Assembly: GCA_049604715.1 (NCBI GenBank)
Contig: JBMYTV010000003.1
Span: forward strand, 4,228 to 68,227
Direction of reading: 5' to 3'
Source: Patescibacteria group bacterium
Lineage (GTDB): Bacteria; Patescibacteriota; Patescibacteriia; S139-126; S139-133
Length of the DNA stretch: 64,000 bases
Each line of letters begins with the position of its first letter. The first letter of the stretch is position 1. Of the stretch, positions 57,511-64,000 are shown piece after piece. A program made the position numbers and the translations under genes. Under the pieces are notes generated by a model. It was not told where the DNA came from, did not search any database, and worked only from the letters and a program-made list of their open reading frames with translations.

Positions 57511-58188
57511 CTATACTTTTACCTTAATACCAGGACCCATGGTAGTTGTCAGCGTGATACCGAGCATATAACTACCCTTCAAGCTATCTGGCTTCAATCC
57601 CTTTATAGTATCAAGGAAAAGAGTAATATTTTCATTTAGAGCCTCTGTGCCCATACTTACCTTTCCTACTGCTACGTGCACATTTGCAGTTGCGTCATTC
57701 TTAAAGGTAATTTTACCTTGTGAGAGTTCCTTCACTGCTTTCTCAACATCAGGTGTAACTGTTTCTGCTTTTGGTGAAGGCATAAGACCTTTTGGACCAA
57801 GCACCTTAGCAACTTGCGCCAAGTGCTTCATCATCTCAGGTGTTGCAATAGCAATATCAAAATCAGCTTTACCTGACTTTTTGATATCTGCAATCAAATC
57901 TTCACCACCCACCAAAGCTGCTCCAGCTGCTGTTGCCTTTTTCTGATCTGCTTCATTTGCAAAAACTGCAATACGTTTTTGCTTACCAAAACTATGCGGG
58001 AACGTTAATGTTCCTCTGACTTGCTGATCACCCTTCTTCGGGTCAATACCAAGTCGAATATGCAATTCTACAGTAGAATCAAAAGATGTTGTTGCTGTCT
58101 CTGGCAATAGAGCCAGCGCCTCCTCAAGTGTGTATACATTCTGAGCTGTAATCTTCTCAGATGCTTTCTTGTACTTCTTTCCTTTAAA
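57511..58188 (-). CDS. rplA: 50S ribosomal protein L1
   Basis: TLEEALALLPETATTSFDSTVELHIRLGIDPKKGDQQVRGTLTFPHSFGKQKRIAVF is the canonical L1 sequence. The internal Met start is preferred. Confidence 0.9.
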   Translation of the reverse strand, partial: FKGKKYKKASEKITAQNVYTLEEALALLPETATTSFDSTVELHIRLGIDPKKGDQQVRGTLTFPHSFGKQKRIAVFANEADQKKATAAGAALVGGEDLIADIKKSGKADFDIAIATPEMMKHLAQVAKVLGPKGLMPSPKAETVTPDVEKAVKELSQGKITFKNDATANVHVAVGKVSMGTEALNENITLFLDTIKGLKPDSLKGSYMLGITLTTTMGPGIKVKV

Positions 58189-58258
58189 CATAATATTTTT
58201 TCTTACGTGGTCCAATCGGCTCTTAGCTTATGCTTTCTGCCTCCCACGACTAATTAAT

Positions 58259-58708
58259 TTACGCTTTCTTTGAATCACCGCGTCTGCGATCTCGCTTGAT
58301 AGTAGCCCAGTGATACAAATATAATGGCACACCTACGATAATCATAGAAAGTGCTGTTGATGCCTGCTGCTGACGACGGCGTTTCTGAAAATCTGTTTGA
58401 TCATTTTTGTTGTTTTCAAGCCACCATTCATAATCTGCAAGCCAAGCATCAATTTGTTTCAGCTGCGCATCTGTAAGTTCGCAGCCTTCATCACAATTTT
58501 GTAGTGATTCAACTAATTCTACATCTCGGTCAATAACAAGTGACGGCGGACGCTCGTTATAATAGTACGTATCTGAGTCTGCTTCAGTAAAAATCCACGC
58601 CTTAAGCGCAAGATTCACAAGCATAGTCGCACCAATAACGGTGATAGCAAGCCCGACAAGTGCAAATAAATACAAATACACTGTTCGGATCCATGATGTA
58701 GCTGACAT
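58259..58708 (-). CDS. Two-TM membrane protein inserted between rplK and rplA (hypothetical)
   Basis: 149 aa with N- and C-terminal TM helices. No known domain. Confidence 0.45.
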   Translation of the reverse strand: MSATSWIRTVYLYLFALVGLAITVIGATMLVNLALKAWIFTEADSDTYYYNERPPSLVIDRDVELVESLQNCDEGCELTDAQLKQIDAWLADYEWWLENNKNDQTDFQKRRRQQQASTALSMIIVGVPLYLYHWATIKRDRRRGDSKKA

Positions 58709-58730
58709 ATAGTTATTGTCAATTATTAGT

Positions 58731-59153
58731 TTATTCGACAGTCAAGCCCATTTGGCGGGCTGTACCCTCGATAATCTTCATTGCTGCATCAATATCAGCA
58801 GCGTTAAGATCAGGCATTTTTGTTTCTGCAATTTCCTTTACCTGTGCTTTTGTTACTTTACCTACTTTATCTTTAAGTGGGTTGCCAGAACCTTTCTTAA
58901 TTCCAGCTGCTTTTTTCAAAAGCTCAGCTGCAGGAGGTGTTTTTAGTTTAAAATCATAACTGCGATCCTCATAAATAGAAATCTCTACAGGTACGATGTT
59001 TCCTCGCTGATCTTGGGTAGCTTCGTTAAATTTGGTACAAAACTCCTGAATATTTAAACCATGCTGTCCAAGTGCAGGTCCAATTGGCGGTGCTGGATTA
59101 GCTGCGCCACCTGGAATTTGTAGTTTTAAAACTGTTTGTACTACTTTACTCAT
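58731..59153 (-). CDS. rplK: 50S ribosomal protein L11
   Basis: [36 protein letters not shown] is the canonical L11 sequence. Confidence 0.95.
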   Translation of the reverse strand: MSKVVQTVLKLQIPGGAANPAPPIGPALGQHGLNIQEFCTKFNEATQDQRGNIVPVEISIYEDRSYDFKLKTPPAAELLKKAAGIKKGSGNPLKDKVGKVTKAQVKEIAETKMPDLNAADIDAAMKIIEGTARQMGLTVE

Positions 59154-59253
59154 AAAATTTCTTTAACATACAGGATGAACCTCACTTTTGTGAGAAGCAA
59201 GTTTGTTATACAACAAACTACACAAAGATTAAGTGAAACTCAATACTATATAC

Positions 59254-60054
59254 TTAAGATGTATGTAATTTTTCAAAAAGCTGGTCAGCTGTTTTTTTGT
59301 ATTCAACTGCTACATCTGGTGAATCCGCTTGCAGCAATCTTGCTAATTGTTGAGCAAGTCGGGCTTGATAATATACCCATCCATTGTCAGCTGCACGCTG
59401 ATATGCCTTTTTAGCAGTGGATAAAACATCTGAATTAACCTCATTATCTATACTTAATCGAGCAATAACTGCATCAAACCAAACTGCTAACCAACGAGAA
59501 GCGCTTCTTTCAAGTAAGTCGTCAAGAGCTTTTCGCTGTGTATCAATATCAGACTCAAGACAAGCAATACATATTTCAGCACTAGCTAGTCTTTCAGAAA
59601 AATGAGCATCAGCAGCTAGTTGTTTAGCTTCTTCAAAAGCTTCTCTAGCCTCATCTAGACTTTCAGCTAAAAAAAACACATTACCAGCTACAACTAGTGC
59701 GCTGGCGATTATTTCGGGTTGCCCAAGCCGACGAGCAGAATCCACAGCCATACTTGCATATTCACGAGCAGTTTCAATATCACCTTTCATTAAAGAAAGT
59801 TCTGCGCGAATACGCTTAGCAGTGACATGCGCTGCATTTTCTTCTGTTGCAAGAGTCAAAATATCCTTAACTGTCTCGTTTGCTTGTTGTAACTTACCAA
59901 GATCACGTTCAATAATTGCCTTTTGCAACAATACAGATGTATTCTTTTTGTCAAAATCCAAAACTGTACCAATCTTTTCTAATGCACCTGATAAATTCCC
60001 CTGACTGTTTCGTAATTTATCTGCTTCCTCAAGTAACTGCGAAGCTTCAACCAT
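59254..60054 (-). CDS. TPR-like helical repeat protein
   Basis: Alpha-helical repeat composition with Ala/Leu-rich pairs of helices across 266 aa. It sits between nusG and rplK. Confidence 0.5.
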   Translation of the reverse strand: MVEASQLLEEADKLRNSQGNLSGALEKIGTVLDFDKKNTSVLLQKAIIERDLGKLQQANETVKDILTLATEENAAHVTAKRIRAELSLMKGDIETAREYASMAVDSARRLGQPEIIASALVVAGNVFFLAESLDEAREAFEEAKQLAADAHFSERLASAEICIACLESDIDTQRKALDDLLERSASRWLAVWFDAVIARLSIDNEVNSDVLSTAKKAYQRAADNGWVYYQARLAQQLARLLQADSPDVAVEYKKTADQLFEKLHTS

Positions 60055-60063
60055 ACAATTCGT

Positions 60064-60639
60064 TTAAGAAACTTTTTGAATTTGAAGAAAATCAAGCTCT
60101 ACAGGTGTTTCACGTCCAAACATTGAAACAAGTACGCGTACTTTTCCACGTGCTTCATCAATATCAGCAACTTTTCCTTCGTATTCTTTAAATGGACCAT
60201 CAATAATCTGCACAGCCTCACCTACTGACACGTTGATCTTAAACTTAGGCTCTTCAACGCCCATGCGTCTTCGTAGATTATCAATTTCTTCTTTAGAAAG
60301 TGGCGCTGGAGTTGTTCCAGTTCCAATAAATCCAGTTACATTAGGAGTATTTCGTACAACATACCATGAATCATCTGTAACAATCATGCTTACAAGTACA
60401 TATCCTGGGAAGATTTTTTCACGAACAGTTTTACGCTTACCATTTTTAATCTTGATCTTTGTCTCTGTTGGAATCAACACATCAAAAATCTTATCTTCCA
60501 TATCCATAGATTCAATACGCTGCTTAAGATTGCGAGCAACGTTTTCTTCGTATCCTGAGTATGTGTGAAGCGCGTACCAACGAGCCTCATTCGTGACCTG
60601 TTGTTGAGACATAAATTTTATTTTATCTATTGATAACAA
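60064..60639 (-). CDS. nusG: Transcription termination/antitermination factor NusG
   Basis: NGN domain ARWYALHTYSGYEENV and KOW motif GEAVQIIDGPFKEYEGKV. Confidence 0.9.
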   Translation of the reverse strand: MLSIDKIKFMSQQQVTNEARWYALHTYSGYEENVARNLKQRIESMDMEDKIFDVLIPTETKIKIKNGKRKTVREKIFPGYVLVSMIVTDDSWYVVRNTPNVTGFIGTGTTPAPLSKEEIDNLRRRMGVEEPKFKINVSVGEAVQIIDGPFKEYEGKVADIDEARGKVRVLVSMFGRETPVELDFLQIQKVS

Positions 60640-60811
60640 ACTGCAATGCGGTGTTTAAAACATAATCAATTCCCCCTAAAAACAACGCAACAAATGCAGA
60701 AATGACAATAACCGTAATTGTTGAGTTTACGGCTTGCTTTCGTGTAGGCCAAGTAACTTTACCAAGTTCTGCCTTTGACTCCTTAAAATAGTTAACTAAT
60801 CGTGCAAACAT
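60623..60811 (-). CDS. secE: Preprotein translocase subunit SecE
   Basis: 62-aa single-TM protein (KVTWPTRKQAVNSTITVIVISAFVALFLGGIDYVL) immediately upstream of nusG. Confidence 0.8.
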   Translation of the reverse strand: MFARLVNYFKESKAELGKVTWPTRKQAVNSTITVIVISAFVALFLGGIDYVLNTALQFVINR

Positions 60812-60959
60812 AAGTCATCTAAAAAATTCGTATATTAAAACCACTTTTAAAAGCCCTTTCCGGGCCATTAGTTTAGTGGCTCAATTATACTAAAAGAATA
60901 CAAATAATGCAAGTTCTTTATACTTGACAAAATCATAATAAGATTGTTTTTTATAAATC

Positions 60960-60986
60960 AAAAAAACCGCCATTTCTGGCGGTTTT
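60960..60986 (-). terminator. Rho-independent terminator after gyrB
   Basis: ccgcca-tttc-tggcgg hairpin. The minus-strand reading is followed by TTTTTTT. Confidence 0.6.
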
Positions 60987-60988
60987 GG

Positions 60989-64000
<3,012 letters not shown>

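Noticed and set aside
60812-60988. tRNA gene upstream of secE (tRNA-Trp often precedes secE-nusG)
   Set aside because: I inspected both strands. There is no cloverleaf-compatible sequence and no GTTCRANYC T-loop motif. Only the gyrB terminator hairpin is recognisable.

Overview
This 64 kb window looks like it comes from a small-genome, moderately AT-rich bacterium (about 38-42% GC by eye; nothing was computed). The standard genetic code applies: TGA is a stop (prfA ends in TGA and overlaps the next ATG as ATGA), and the 1153-aa dnaE and 680-aa gyrB ORFs are intact. Several traits recall CPR/Patescibacteria-like or similarly reduced lineages. These are tightly packed, overlapping genes, an array of lineage-specific small N-terminally anchored paralogs, and pilin-like proteins without a canonical prepilin motif. 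The lineage call is an inference only.

Core content:
- A lower-glycolysis block on the minus strand: gap, then pgk-eno and two tandem iPGM genes.
- Translation and replication housekeeping: pyrH, tsf, rpsB, rpmE, prfA-prmC, rplY, dnaE, thrS preceded by a T-box leader, miaA, gatB, rplA, rplK, nusG, secE, gyrB, and a 5'-partial pheT.
- A complete dTMP pathway cluster: dcd, dut, thyA, folA, tmk, plus two Nudix genes and a P-loop kinase.
- Cell-envelope genes: mltG, a SEDS (RodA/FtsW) protein, an SPFH protein, and a CAP-domain protein.
- I found no tRNA, rRNA or CRISPR.

Most interesting accessory content:
1. A tight four-gene operon at 11030-16120 sits between gap and pgk, next to a partnerless histidine kinase. 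It encodes an MIO (ASG-motif) aromatic amino-acid ammonia-lyase/aminomutase, a ThiF/E1-like adenylyltransferase with an N-terminal extension, a PaaK/F390-synthetase-like adenylate-forming enzyme, and a nitroreductase-superfamily oxidoreductase. The segment looks lower in GC than its flanks. I read it as a candidate undescribed small-molecule or peptide-modification system.
2. A secreted-protein island at 22.7-30.8 kb. It holds a 1532-aa M23-peptidase / 2x LamG-like protein ending in a T9SS-type C-terminal sorting domain, a second M23 peptidase sharing a 100%-identical ~540-nt segment with it, and three paralogous small anchored proteins.
3. A slightly GC-richer two-gene island of very basic proteins (47.8-49.95 kb) with a hairpin terminator at the 48810 end of orf2 and another just beyond orf2's start, after the SPFH gene.
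4. A T-box riboswitch leader upstream of thrS.
5. Unusual ribosomal-protein gene order: rplK and rplA are split by a membrane-protein gene, and a TPR protein sits between nusG and rplK.
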